Shown: one piece after another, positions 19,677 to 29,437 of the stretch | Position numbering within the stretch: the first letter of the stretch is position 1 | Layout of the letters: each line of letters starts with the position of its first letter | NCBI GenBank assembly: GCA_002385545.1 | Contig: DGDR01000038.1 | Location: 1,793-65,792, forward strand | DNA: 64,000 nt | Origin: Clostridium sp. UBA3947 | Lineage (GTDB): Bacteria; Bacillota; Clostridia; Clostridiales; Clostridiaceae | Direction of reading: 5' to 3' | The notes under the pieces: generated by a model | The model's database searches: none | Told to the model about the DNA's origin: nothing | Seen by the model: the letters and a program-made list of their open reading frames with translations, nothing else | Translations under genes and position numbers: made by a program

Positions 19677-20366
19677 ATGTTAGGAACTATTGTTAATTTT
19701 TTCGCAATTATTGCTGGTTCAACTTTAGGCTTATTACTAAGAGGGGGTATTTCCGAAAGATTTAATAAAACCATTATGCAGGGTGTATCCTTATGTGTAC
19801 TATTGATTGGTATTCAAGGTTCATTAAAAGCAGAAAACACCTTGGTTGTTATTATCTGTATGTGTCTAGGCGGGCTAATAGGAGAAGCATTAGATATTGA
19901 CAAGGCATTAAAAAATCTAGGTGATAAAATAGAAGCAAAATTTAATAAGTCTAATAGCAAGATATCAGAAGGCTTTGTTAGCGCTAGCTTACTTTATTGT
20001 GTTGGCGCTATGGCAATTGTAGGTTCCTTGCAAAGCGGCTTGCAAAACGATCATAAAATTCTCTTTTCAAAATCTATATTAGATGGCATCAGCTCCATAA
20101 TCTTTTCTTCCACATTAGGTATTGGCGTAATGCTATCTTCCTTTGCAGTACTTCTTTATCAGGGCTCTATAACCTTAGGAGCATCCTTTCTTGTGCCTTT
20201 ATTAACAGAGGCAGTAAAATTAAATATGGAAGCCTGTGGCAGTCTTATAATCATAGGCTTAGGCTTAAATTTACTAGGAATAACAGAAATCAAGGTTGCA
20301 AATTTGCTTCCAGCTATTTTTTTACCTATACTAGCACCATTTATAATGAATCTATTTATCTTTTAA
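19677..20366 (+). CDS. DUF554 membrane protein
   Basis: MLGTIVN..AII.G, LYCVGAMAIVGS, KSILDG, IKVANLLPA. Confidence 0.9.
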   Translation: MLGTIVNFFAIIAGSTLGLLLRGGISERFNKTIMQGVSLCVLLIGIQGSLKAENTLVVIICMCLGGLIGEALDIDKALKNLGDKIEAKFNKSNSKISEGFVSASLLYCVGAMAIVGSLQSGLQNDHKILFSKSILDGISSIIFSSTLGIGVMLSSFAVLLYQGSITLGASFLVPLLTEAVKLNMEACGSLIIIGLGLNLLGITEIKVANLLPAIFLPILAPFIMNLFIF

Positions 20367-20503
20367 CAAAAATATAATTTGATCTTTTCCTATCATGGGG
20401 TTACTTCACAAATATAGTGTAGTGGCCCTTTTTTAATAAATTGATATTTTTTGCTACTTATCATATCATATAAGTGAGGAAACCCTTTGGAGGTGCTAAA
20501 CCT

Positions 20504-21895
20504 ATGTTTGTAGGAAGAAAGTTTGAATTAGATCAACTTAATAAATTATATATGAGAGAAGGCTTTCAGTTAGTAATATTATATGGTCGAAGAAAGGTTG
20601 GAAAAACTGCTCTAATTAAGGAGTTTATAAAGGATAAATATTGTCTCTATTATGCTCTTGATGAAAGCACTGAAGCTACTGCTATGGACAATTTTAACAA
20701 ATTAATAAGTAGCTTCTTCAATATAGAAGAACTCTCTCCCCTTACTATTAGCTGGGAGAACTGCTTAAAAGCAATTGCAGATAATAGTGGAAATAAAAGG
20801 CTAGTGGTTGTTTTAGAAGAGCTTTCCTTTATAGCTCAAAACAATAGTTTATTTCTATCTCAACTGAAAAAAGCCATAGAATTCTTTTTTAAAGGTACTC
20901 AAATCTTTTTAATAATTAGCGGCTCCGCTAATGGATTCATGGAAAAGACCTTCCTAAATCCAAAAAGCTCCCTTTATGGCCTGCAAACTGCTCAATTTAA
21001 AATAGAACCCTTTAGCTTTTATGAAAGCTCTCAGTTTTTCCCCAATCTTTCCATTGAAGATAAAATTATCTATTACTCTACCTTAGGTGGTATACCTCAA
21101 TATTTAATGCAATTTGATTATAGTAAGGACTATGAGTCAAATGTAATGGAGTTTATCTTAAATAAAAGCTCCTATTTATATAATGAACCAGAAAATTATC
21201 TTAAAGCTCAGGTTGATGATATTAATTTTGCCAGTAAAATTTTATTAATACTTTCTAAGGGTGATTACAATCTAGAGAGATTCCATAATAAGAATGTGTC
21301 TGTTGGAGAAGATTTAATTTTAATGATAAAAAAGCTGAAAAAGCTAAATATAATTAGCCGCCGACGGTCAGTAGGAAAGAGTATAGTAAGACCTTGGACC
21401 TTTTATAGACTGGAAGATAATTTCTTTAGGTTTTGGTACAGATTTATTTATAAAAACCGTGGATTAATCGATATGAACATGATTGTTTATTTGTTTCAAA
21501 ATAAAATAAAAAGAGACTTAAACAGTCATATTGGTTATGTCTTTGAGGAAATATCAACAGAGTACCTAAAAAGGCTAAATGCTGAATATAAGCTTCCTTT
21601 TGTTTTTGAAACTATTGGCAGTTGGGTTGGATACAATCCAGTGCTTAGGAAGCCCTCCCAATTGGATATAGTGGCAACTAGTTATGATAGTGTACTAGTG
21701 GGTGAATGCAAATGGAGCCAAAGCTTAACCACTGTTGATGTGCTAGAAAATCTTGTTCTAAAGTCTGAAACCTTAAAGTATAAAAACAAGTACTATTGCT
21801 TGTTTAGTAAATGCGGCTATGAGGACAAAGTTTTTGACTATGTTAAAAATAAAGATAACTTCTATTTATTTACTCTAAAAGATATAGATAGCTAG
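20504..21895 (+). CDS. Archaeal-type AAA+ ATPase with C-terminal DUF234 / PD-(D/E)xK-like domain
   Basis: FVGR..EL, GRRKVGKT Walker A, variant Walker B VVLEE, GGIPQYL, FRFWYRF, QLDIV...GECKW; RBS GGAGGTG before ATG 20504. Confidence 0.85.
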   Translation: MFVGRKFELDQLNKLYMREGFQLVILYGRRKVGKTALIKEFIKDKYCLYYALDESTEATAMDNFNKLISSFFNIEELSPLTISWENCLKAIADNSGNKRLVVVLEELSFIAQNNSLFLSQLKKAIEFFFKGTQIFLIISGSANGFMEKTFLNPKSSLYGLQTAQFKIEPFSFYESSQFFPNLSIEDKIIYYSTLGGIPQYLMQFDYSKDYESNVMEFILNKSSYLYNEPENYLKAQVDDINFASKILLILSKGDYNLERFHNKNVSVGEDLILMIKKLKKLNIISRRRSVGKSIVRPWTFYRLEDNFFRFWYRFIYKNRGLIDMNMIVYLFQNKIKRDLNSHIGYVFEEISTEYLKRLNAEYKLPFVFETIGSWVGYNPVLRKPSQLDIVATSYDSVLVGECKWSQSLTTVDVLENLVLKSETLKYKNKYYCLFSKCGYEDKVFDYVKNKDNFYLFTLKDIDS

Positions 21896-21980
21896 TTTTG
21901 TAAAAAAATTAAATATCATTGTATAAATTTCCTTACCTTGTCAATAATTTATGATATACAAAGGTAAAGGAAGTGATAAG

Positions 21981-23120
21981 ATGGAGAAAAATAAAAAGAT
22001 TGGATTAGTTATTCTATTAGTAATAGGAATTCTCATATGTACATGGAGTATCTATAACTCTGTTATAACCATGAATCAAAGCAGCAATTCTACTACAGAG
22101 CTAGCCAATAATACTACTTCTAACTCTAATAATAATGGCAGTCCTGTAATAATTGACGATGACAATGATGATATTGATGACGACACCTCAACTACAAATA
22201 AAGAACCTTCCTCAGAGGAAGATGTTTTTAACAATGATCAAGATGAAAGCACAGAAAAGTATATCATTTACACTGTGGAAAAGGATGAAACCCTAAAGGA
22301 TATATGCGAAAAATATGCTGATAACTGTCCTATTCCTGTTTTATCTAAGGCTATACTTAAAATAAACAATCTAAGCAGCTCTAGCAAAATTAGTGAAGGC
22401 AAAAAAATAAAAATACCTGAAAAATATATTAATACTGGTATAAAGTACACTGTAAGAAGCGGTGATTCCCTTTCTTCTATTGCAATGCGTTTTATGAAGG
22501 ATATTGATTATTCTGAAGCCTTAGAAATTATTAAGCAGGATAACTTCTTAACCTCTGATACTATAAAAATAGGTGATGAGCTATTCATCCGAGCCGACGA
22601 CATATTAGAAGTTAATAATAAACTTGAAGATGAAGAGGACGAGGTTAATGATTCTGATAAAAAAGCTTCTAAGAATAAGAAGGTTGAAGATAAAGACAGT
22701 GAAGCTACAAGCAAAAATCAAGATCAGACAGATAATAGTGCTGCTATGAATTCCATTACTAATAGAATTGGTAACCTAGTAACCTATACAGTGAAGAAAA
22801 ATGACACACTAAAATCTATCGCTGAAAATTATGACAGAACTTGTCCTGTTAATGTTGCTAGTAAAATAATTTTAGAAATTAATGGCTTGGAAAGTAGCTC
22901 AGATATAAAGGAAGGTATGAAAATTAAACTACCTGAAAGCTATTTATCTGAAGGTAGCATATACAAGGTAAAGGCTGGAGATACTCTATCCAATATAGTG
23001 ATAGAAAATATGCCTGGAATTGATTATAACCTTGCTTTAAAGATTATTGTTGAAGACAATGATATTAAAAACTACACGATATATCCTAATCAAGAGCTAT
23101 TTATAGCATCCATAGATTAA
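21981..23120 (+). CDS. Membrane-anchored protein with four LysM domains and acidic linkers
   Basis: N-terminal TM helix; YTVEKDETL, YTVRSGDSL, YTVKKNDTL and YKVKAGDTL LysM starts; likely start 21981. Confidence 0.85.
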   Translation: MEKNKKIGLVILLVIGILICTWSIYNSVITMNQSSNSTTELANNTTSNSNNNGSPVIIDDDNDDIDDDTSTTNKEPSSEEDVFNNDQDESTEKYIIYTVEKDETLKDICEKYADNCPIPVLSKAILKINNLSSSSKISEGKKIKIPEKYINTGIKYTVRSGDSLSSIAMRFMKDIDYSEALEIIKQDNFLTSDTIKIGDELFIRADDILEVNNKLEDEEDEVNDSDKKASKNKKVEDKDSEATSKNQDQTDNSAAMNSITNRIGNLVTYTVKKNDTLKSIAENYDRTCPVNVASKIILEINGLESSSDIKEGMKIKLPESYLSEGSIYKVKAGDTLSNIVIENMPGIDYNLALKIIVEDNDIKNYTIYPNQELFIASID

Positions 23121-23122
23121 AG

Positions 23123-23158
23123 AAAAGCAGCCTCAACCATTGGTTTAAGGCTGCTTTT
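23123..23158. terminator. Bidirectional terminator between the LysM gene and thrC
   Basis: AAAAGCAGCCT...AGGCTGCTTTT. Confidence 0.85.
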
Positions 23159-23187
23159 CAAAGTATATAAAAATAGGAGAAACACTA

Positions 23188-24678
23188 CTAGTTAATAGCG
23201 AGAATTTCTTTAACTACCTGCTTCATTTCATTCTTTGAGCAAACCTTTTTATGTAAAACAGGACGTTTTTCTATATCCTTCACCGCCTTTGGAATTTCCA
23301 CACCGCTTAATTTGCACATTTCATTAATTAAAGCTATCTCGTTTATCTGCTTATATTTTTCATCAACAGCTCCCATTACTGCAGTGTTGAATTTGTACGG
23401 ACTTGCTGTTGATGCAATAACAGTAGGAGTTGTGTCTTTAGTTTCAGCTACATATTTTTTATAAGCTGTATAAGCCACAGCAGTATGAGTGTCTATTAAA
23501 TAATTATCCTTTTGGAAAACCTCTCTTATAGCTTCAAAGGTTTCTTCTTCTGAAGCATATGCTCCAAATAAATCTTCTAATCCAGCCTTCATAGAAGAAT
23601 CTATTTCATAGTATCCCTTGCTTGCAAGACTGTTCATTAAGTCTGTTACCTTGTTAGTATCTTCTCCACTAAGGAAATACAATAAACGCTCAAGGTTGCT
23701 GGAGATTAGTATATCCATTGATGGTGAAGAGGTTAAAACAAATTCTCTTCTCTTATCGTAAACTCCTGTCCTAATGAAGTCATATAAAACTTTATTTTCG
23801 TTAGAAGCACAAATTAATTTATTTATAGGCAAACCCATCTTTTTGCCTAGATAAGCTGCAAGTATGTTACCGAAGTTTCCTGTTGGAACATCTATATTTA
23901 CTTTATCCCCTAAGTTAATGTCGCCATTTCTAACCAGTGTTAAATAAGCATAGAAATAATAAGCTACCTGTGGAACTAGTCTTCCTATATTTATAGAATT
24001 AGCTGAGGAAAACATACTATTGTTAAGCTCCATAGACTTTTTAAATTCCTCATCATTAAATATAGCTTTTACCCCATTTTGGGCATCGTCAAAATTGCCC
24101 TCTATACCAATTACATAGGCATTAGAGCCTTCATGGGTAGTCATTTGAAGTTTTTGAATTTGACTAACTCCGTTCTCTGGGAAAAATACTATAATTTTAA
24201 TACCTTCTACATTTGAAAAGCCCTCTAAGGCTGCCTTACCAGTATCCCCTGAAGTAGCGGTAAGAATCACTACTTCTTTATTAATATTCTGCTTTTTAAG
24301 AGATGTGGTAAGTAAATGAGGCAAAATTGAAAGAGCCATATCTTTAAAGGCTATAGTTGGACCATGGAAAAGCTCTAAGAAATATGCACCACCAGCTTTT
24401 CTTAAGGGTGCTATCTCCTCATGGTCAAACTTCTTATCGTAAGCCTTGTTTACACAGTTCATTAGTTCCTCTTCAGTGAAGTCTGTAAGGAACTCTTTCA
24501 TTACTGTGTAGGCAACTTCCTTATAACCCATGTTCACCATAGAGCTTAAATCTACAGACAATTTTGGTATGGCATTTGGTACGTAAAGACCTCCATCTGG
24601 TGCAATTCCAGCAATTATAGCTTGGCTAGAGCTAATAAGCTCCCCATTACCTCTAGTACTTTTATATAAAACTGACAT
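23188..24678 (-). CDS. thrC: Threonine synthase
   Basis: STRG, GLYVP, ELFHGPTIAFKD (PLP Lys), ATSGDTG, PTGNFGN, IDTHTA. Confidence 0.96.
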   Translation of the reverse strand: MSVLYKSTRGNGELISSSQAIIAGIAPDGGLYVPNAIPKLSVDLSSMVNMGYKEVAYTVMKEFLTDFTEEELMNCVNKAYDKKFDHEEIAPLRKAGGAYFLELFHGPTIAFKDMALSILPHLLTTSLKKQNINKEVVILTATSGDTGKAALEGFSNVEGIKIIVFFPENGVSQIQKLQMTTHEGSNAYVIGIEGNFDDAQNGVKAIFNDEEFKKSMELNNSMFSSANSINIGRLVPQVAYYFYAYLTLVRNGDINLGDKVNIDVPTGNFGNILAAYLGKKMGLPINKLICASNENKVLYDFIRTGVYDKRREFVLTSSPSMDILISSNLERLLYFLSGEDTNKVTDLMNSLASKGYYEIDSSMKAGLEDLFGAYASEEETFEAIREVFQKDNYLIDTHTAVAYTAYKKYVAETKDTTPTVIASTASPYKFNTAVMGAVDEKYKQINEIALINEMCKLSGVEIPKAVKDIEKRPVLHKKVCSKNEMKQVVKEILAIN

Positions 24679-24682
24679 ATAA

Positions 24683-25891
24683 TCACTCCCCAATAAAATA
24701 ATCCATTAACTTATAGCCCTCTTGGAAGAATAAGCCTGACTTAGCCGCTCCATCTTCATCAAAGTTATAAGGATTTTCCTTAATCATTCTACTATCATAT
24801 ATTAAAAATGGTACCGGATCACTGGTATGAGTTCTCAGTGATAAAGGTGTTGGATGGTCCGGCAAAACCATAATTCTATAATCTTCAGATTGTTTACCTA
24901 ATTCCTGTATTAAGTAGCCCGCAATTTTCTCATCTATTAGCTCTATTGACTTAACCTTGTTATCTCTTTCATTTCTATGTCCACACTCATCTGGGGCCTC
25001 AATATGAATATATACAAAATCATTACCATTGCTCAAGGCTTCCAAAGCTGCCTTAGCCTTTCCAGTATAATTAGTGTGTATATTTCCTGTGGCACCTTCT
25101 ACTTCTATTACCTGAAGATCCGCACATTTTCCTATACCTTTAATTAAATCCACTGCAGATATAACAGCTCCCTTTAGTCCATACTTTTCAGGGAATTTTG
25201 TTAGTAGTGGCTTTTTACCTTCACCCCATATCCATATGGAATTTGCAGGCTTTAAGCCTCTTTTTATTCTATCTTGGTTAATAGGATGATTTTCTAATAT
25301 AGCTACGCTTTTCTCCATCATTTCTAAAATAACTCCACTATCCTTACCGGTAGGCAAATATTCCTCAATCCTTCTACCAATAATATCATGAGGGGGTATT
25401 AGCTTATAATCTGAAGGAGCTTTATCCCAAACCAAAAGATGTCTATAGCTTATCCCAGGATAGAGCTTCATAGCATCAGTTTCAAGCTCCTTTTTTAAAG
25501 CTTCAATTAAAACAGCTGCCTCCTCTGTAGTTATTTCATCTGCACTGTGATCTAGCATAATTCTATCCTTATAACTTTCTGCCTCCGATAAAGTAACCAC
25601 ATTGCATCTAAAGGTTACGTCTGTATCCTTTAAGTCAATTCCCATACTAGCTGCCTCAAAGGGTGAACGTCCAGTATAATAGAGCTCTGGATTATAACCC
25701 ATTACAGCTAAATTGGCTGTATCACTTCCTGGAGGCATCCCCTGTGGTATTGTACTTACTAAACCAACCTCTCCTTTAGCTGCAAGATAATCAAAATTTG
25801 GTGTTTTGGCGTATTGCAGAGGTGTTTTGCTTCCAAGTTCTTCTACTTTATAATCGGCCATACCATCTGCAAGGATAACTACGTATTTCAA
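24683..25891 (-). CDS. apgM: ApgM-like cofactor-independent phosphoglycerate mutase family protein (proposed homoserine kinase, TIGR02535-like)
   Basis: ADGMAD, PGSDTAN, TGRSPFEA, FVYIHIEAPDECGH, LPDHPTP, HTSDPVP; lies between hom and thrC. Confidence 0.85.
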   Translation of the reverse strand: MKYVVILADGMADYKVEELGSKTPLQYAKTPNFDYLAAKGEVGLVSTIPQGMPPGSDTANLAVMGYNPELYYTGRSPFEAASMGIDLKDTDVTFRCNVVTLSEAESYKDRIMLDHSADEITTEEAAVLIEALKKELETDAMKLYPGISYRHLLVWDKAPSDYKLIPPHDIIGRRIEEYLPTGKDSGVILEMMEKSVAILENHPINQDRIKRGLKPANSIWIWGEGKKPLLTKFPEKYGLKGAVISAVDLIKGIGKCADLQVIEVEGATGNIHTNYTGKAKAALEALSNGNDFVYIHIEAPDECGHRNERDNKVKSIELIDEKIAGYLIQELGKQSEDYRIMVLPDHPTPLSLRTHTSDPVPFLIYDSRMIKENPYNFDEDGAAKSGLFFQEGYKLMDYFIGE

Positions 25892-25903
25892 AAAAAGACC
25901 CCC

Positions 25904-27190
25904 TTAAATATTTTCTACCCTAATTATGTTCTCTACTTTAATAACTGAAGGTAATTCTTTAATTTCCTTAATGGCTTCATTTATATTCCTTTCAAGAGTT
26001 TCGTGAGTAATGAATACTAAAGGTACTTCCTTTTCATTTTTACCCTTTTGAATTACACTAGCTAAGCTTACACCATTTTTACCAAATATAGAGGAAATAT
26101 CCGCCAAAGTTCCTGGGTTATCTAATACAGCAAATCTTAGATAGTATTTACATACAGTATCATCCATACTTTGAACCTTAAACTGACAATTAGCCTCCTT
26201 CTTTGCTGGAGCTGTATAATCATCTATACCATTTCTCAATACAGAGATAATATCTCCAACTACTGCACTACCTGTAGGTAAATCCCCAGCTCCTTTTCCG
26301 TAAAGCATTAAGTCTCCTACTGCATTTCCTTTAATGAAAATAGCATTAAAGGCATCATTTACATTAGCTAGTGGATGTTTAGAAGGAATCATAGCTGGAT
26401 GTACTCTAAGCTCCAGTTCACCGTTCTTTTCCTTTGCTATAGCTAATAGCTTAATAGTATATCCAAATTCCTTTGCGTATTGAATATCCACAGCAGTAAT
26501 TCCTGTAATACCTTCTCTATATATGGAATCTACATGGACTATACTATTGAAGGATAAATCGCTTAATATGGCTAGCTTATACATAGCATCATAACCTTCT
26601 ATATCTGAAGTTGGATCAGCTTCAGCAAAACCTAACTCTTGAGCTAGCTTAAGAGCCTCATCAAACTCCATGCCTTCATGAGACATTCTTGTAAGAATAA
26701 AGTTAGTAGTACCATTTATAATTCCTAATATTTCAACAATTTTGTTTGCAGTTAAACTCTCACTTATTGCGTTGATTATAGGAATACCACCAGCTACACT
26801 GGCCTCAAAGTAAAGCATTACTCCTTCCCTTTTAGCTGCCTCCAAAATCTCCTTACCCTGAGTAGCTAAAAGGAACTTATTTGCTGTTACCACATGCTTC
26901 TTCCTACTAATAGCTTTTAATATATAGTCTTTAGCTGGCTCTACACCACCCATAAGTTCCACAACAATCCTAATGCTGTCATCCTCTAATATGTCATTAA
27001 AATCTGTTGTTATTATCTCTTCAGGGACATCCACATTTCTAGCTTTATTTTTATTTCTTACAAGAATTTTAGCCACTTCAATTTCATAGCCGGATCTTAT
27101 GCTAATTTCTTCTCTATTTTTGTCAAGTATCTTCCATACTCCACTTCCTACATTTCCTAGACCCAAAATTGCAATTCTAACTTTCTTCAT
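25904..27190 (-). CDS. hom: Homoserine dehydrogenase with C-terminal ACT domain
   Basis: GLGNVG, VTANK, FEASVAGGIP, NGTTNFIL, EADP, GKGAG, ACT domain. Confidence 0.96.
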   Translation of the reverse strand: MKKVRIAILGLGNVGSGVWKILDKNREEISIRSGYEIEVAKILVRNKNKARNVDVPEEIITTDFNDILEDDSIRIVVELMGGVEPAKDYILKAISRKKHVVTANKFLLATQGKEILEAAKREGVMLYFEASVAGGIPIINAISESLTANKIVEILGIINGTTNFILTRMSHEGMEFDEALKLAQELGFAEADPTSDIEGYDAMYKLAILSDLSFNSIVHVDSIYREGITGITAVDIQYAKEFGYTIKLLAIAKEKNGELELRVHPAMIPSKHPLANVNDAFNAIFIKGNAVGDLMLYGKGAGDLPTGSAVVGDIISVLRNGIDDYTAPAKKEANCQFKVQSMDDTVCKYYLRFAVLDNPGTLADISSIFGKNGVSLASVIQKGKNEKEVPLVFITHETLERNINEAIKEIKELPSVIKVENIIRVENI

Positions 27191-27258
27191 AAAAAATAGC
27201 CTCCCTTATTACTATACAGCAATAAGCCAAGCCTAGACTTGACTTATTGCATACTATA

Positions 27259-29187
27259 CTATTGTTGTGCCACAACCATATTTAATAGGCCACCTGATTT
27301 TAGCATCTTTCTTTGTCTTTCCGTTACTAATAAAGCCATTTCGTATTCTGTGTTTTGGGTAAGATTTTTCACAATTACCTTCTCGCTTTCAACCTGCTTT
27401 TCGGCATTTTCAATAACAAGCTCATCAAAAACCTGAATACTATCATAATCCTCTTCATTAATAAATACCAAAGGTATAATTCCATTGTTAATTAAGTTGT
27501 CTCTGTGAATTCTAGCAAAGGACTTAGCCATAACAGCTTTTACTCCCAAGTATAAAGGTGCAAGAGCGGCATGCTCTCTGCTAGAGCCCTGTCCGTAGTT
27601 AGAACCTCCAACAATAATACCTCTGCCGTTTTCCTTAGCCTTCTTTGGAAATTCACTATCGCAAGGAACTAAGCAAAAATCAGCTAAATAAGGTATATTA
27701 GATCTAAATGGAAGTAACCTAGCGTTAGAAGGCATAATATGGTCAGTAGTAATATTATCTCCTACCTTAGTAAGAACTTTTCCCTCAACCTTTGAAGCAA
27801 GAGGCTTACCCTTAGGGAAAGGTTTAATATTTGGCCCTCTCTTTACTTCCACTTTGCTACCATCTTCTGCTGGTGGTACTATGAGGTTATCATTAATAAT
27901 AAACTCCTCTGGCATTGAAATATCATAATCTTCACCAAGATCTCTAGGATCTGTTATTACTCCTGTAATTGCAGAAGCCGCTGCCACCTCTGGGCTAACT
28001 AAATAAACATCAGCATTGGCAGTTCCAGATCTACCTTGGAAGTTTCTGTTAAAGGTTCTTAAGGAAACTCCATTTGTGGCTGGTGCTTGCCCCATACCTA
28101 TACAAGGACCACATGAGCTTTCAAGTAGTCTTGCTCCTGAAGATATAAATACCTCTAAGGCACCATTATGAGCCAAAGTAGTTAATACTTGCTTTGATCC
28201 TGGTGAAATTACTAGAGAAACCTCTTCTGCCACAGTATGACCATCTAAAATAGATGCCACCTTCATCATATCCACATAAGAGGAGTTTGTACAACTACCT
28301 ATTGCTACTTGGTTTACCTTTACTCCCTTTAATTCTCTAACAGGCTTCACATTATCAGGACTGTGAGGACAAGCAATTAAAGGTTCTAATTCAGATAAGT
28401 TGATTTCTATTTCCCCATCATAAACTGCATCTTCATCGGCCTTGAGCTCTACAAAATCCTTCTCTCTGCCTTGAGCCTTAAGATACTCTAAGGTTCTTTC
28501 ATCACTTGGGAAGATGGAAGTAGTTGCCCCTAGCTCAGCTCCCATGTTGGTTATAGTGGCTCTCTGAGGAACTGTTAAGGTTTTAACTCCCTCTCCACTG
28601 TATTCAAAAACTTTACCTACTCCGCCTTTAACAGAAAGTCTCCTTAAAAGTTCTAATATAATATCCTTAGCTGAAACCCAAGGTCTTAGAGCTCCTGTTA
28701 GCTTTACCCTTATTACCTCAGGCATATTTAAATAGTATTCTCCACCGCCCATAGCCACAGCTACGTCTAATCCGCCAGCACCAATAGCTAACATTCCTAT
28801 TCCACCACCGGTTGGAGTATGACTATCGGAACCTAACAAAGTTTCTCCTGGAACACCAAATCTTTCTAAATGTACTTGGTGACATATTCCATTACCAGGC
28901 TTGGAAAAATATATCCCATGTTTTTTTGCAACGGTTTGAATATATAAATGATCATCTGCGTTTTCTGGACCAGCTTGTAGCATATTGTGATCAATATAGG
29001 CTACAGATCTTTTGGTCTTTACCCTATCTATGCCCATAGCTTCGAACTGAAGATATGCCATAGTACCTGTTGAATCTTGAGTCAAGGTCTGGTCTATACG
29101 AATTGCAATTTCTTCGCCTTTAACCATATTCCCTTTTACAAGATGCGACTTTATTATTTTTTGTACAACATTATTTCCCACTGCCAT
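27259..29187 (-). CDS. Aconitate hydratase (short clostridial type)
   Basis: DSTGTM, GICHQ, DSHT, GSCTN, CGPCIG, NRNF, TTDHI, YGQGSSREHA. Confidence 0.92.
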   Translation of the reverse strand: MAVGNNVVQKIIKSHLVKGNMVKGEEIAIRIDQTLTQDSTGTMAYLQFEAMGIDRVKTKRSVAYIDHNMLQAGPENADDHLYIQTVAKKHGIYFSKPGNGICHQVHLERFGVPGETLLGSDSHTPTGGGIGMLAIGAGGLDVAVAMGGGEYYLNMPEVIRVKLTGALRPWVSAKDIILELLRRLSVKGGVGKVFEYSGEGVKTLTVPQRATITNMGAELGATTSIFPSDERTLEYLKAQGREKDFVELKADEDAVYDGEIEINLSELEPLIACPHSPDNVKPVRELKGVKVNQVAIGSCTNSSYVDMMKVASILDGHTVAEEVSLVISPGSKQVLTTLAHNGALEVFISSGARLLESSCGPCIGMGQAPATNGVSLRTFNRNFQGRSGTANADVYLVSPEVAAASAITGVITDPRDLGEDYDISMPEEFIINDNLIVPPAEDGSKVEVKRGPNIKPFPKGKPLASKVEGKVLTKVGDNITTDHIMPSNARLLPFRSNIPYLADFCLVPCDSEFPKKAKENGRGIIVGGSNYGQGSSREHAALAPLYLGVKAVMAKSFARIHRDNLINNGIIPLVFINEEDYDSIQVFDELVIENAEKQVESEKVIVKNLTQNTEYEMALLVTERQRKMLKSGGLLNMVVAQQ

Positions 29188-29222
29188 ACCTCCATTTGAA
29201 ATCCATATCTTCTGTTGAGATA

Positions 29223-29355
29223 TGAATATTTATGCATACTTTTTGCAAATTAGATTTTCTAAATTAATCACTGCTAGATATATTGAGAATTTTATCATAC
29301 TTTTAATATGATATCAATTATTTTTAATACTGTGGCAATTTTGATAGCGTTTTCT
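29223..29355 (-). promoter_or_regulatory. Aconitase-operon promoter with an ARG box and a cre-like site
   Basis: TTGATA(29317-12)-17-TAAAAT(29294-89); ARG-box consensus TGAATATTTATGCA at 29223-29236; cre-like TGATAGCGTTTTCT at 29342-29355. Confidence 0.6.
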
Positions 29356-29384
29356 TTTTACTTTATTAATAAATTCTCAAAAAA

Positions 29385-29411
29385 ACACTGAAAGTGACAT
29401 ACTTTCAGTGT
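29385..29411 (-). terminator. argC terminator
   Basis: ACACTGAAAGT-gacat-ACTTTCAGTGT with a poly-T tail on the minus strand. Confidence 0.8.
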
Positions 29412-29437
29412 AAAGGGGAAAATTATCTAAACCGCTA

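Noticed and set aside
27191-27258. T-box or attenuator before hom
   Set aside because: The gap is only 68 bp with no T-box sequence or terminator
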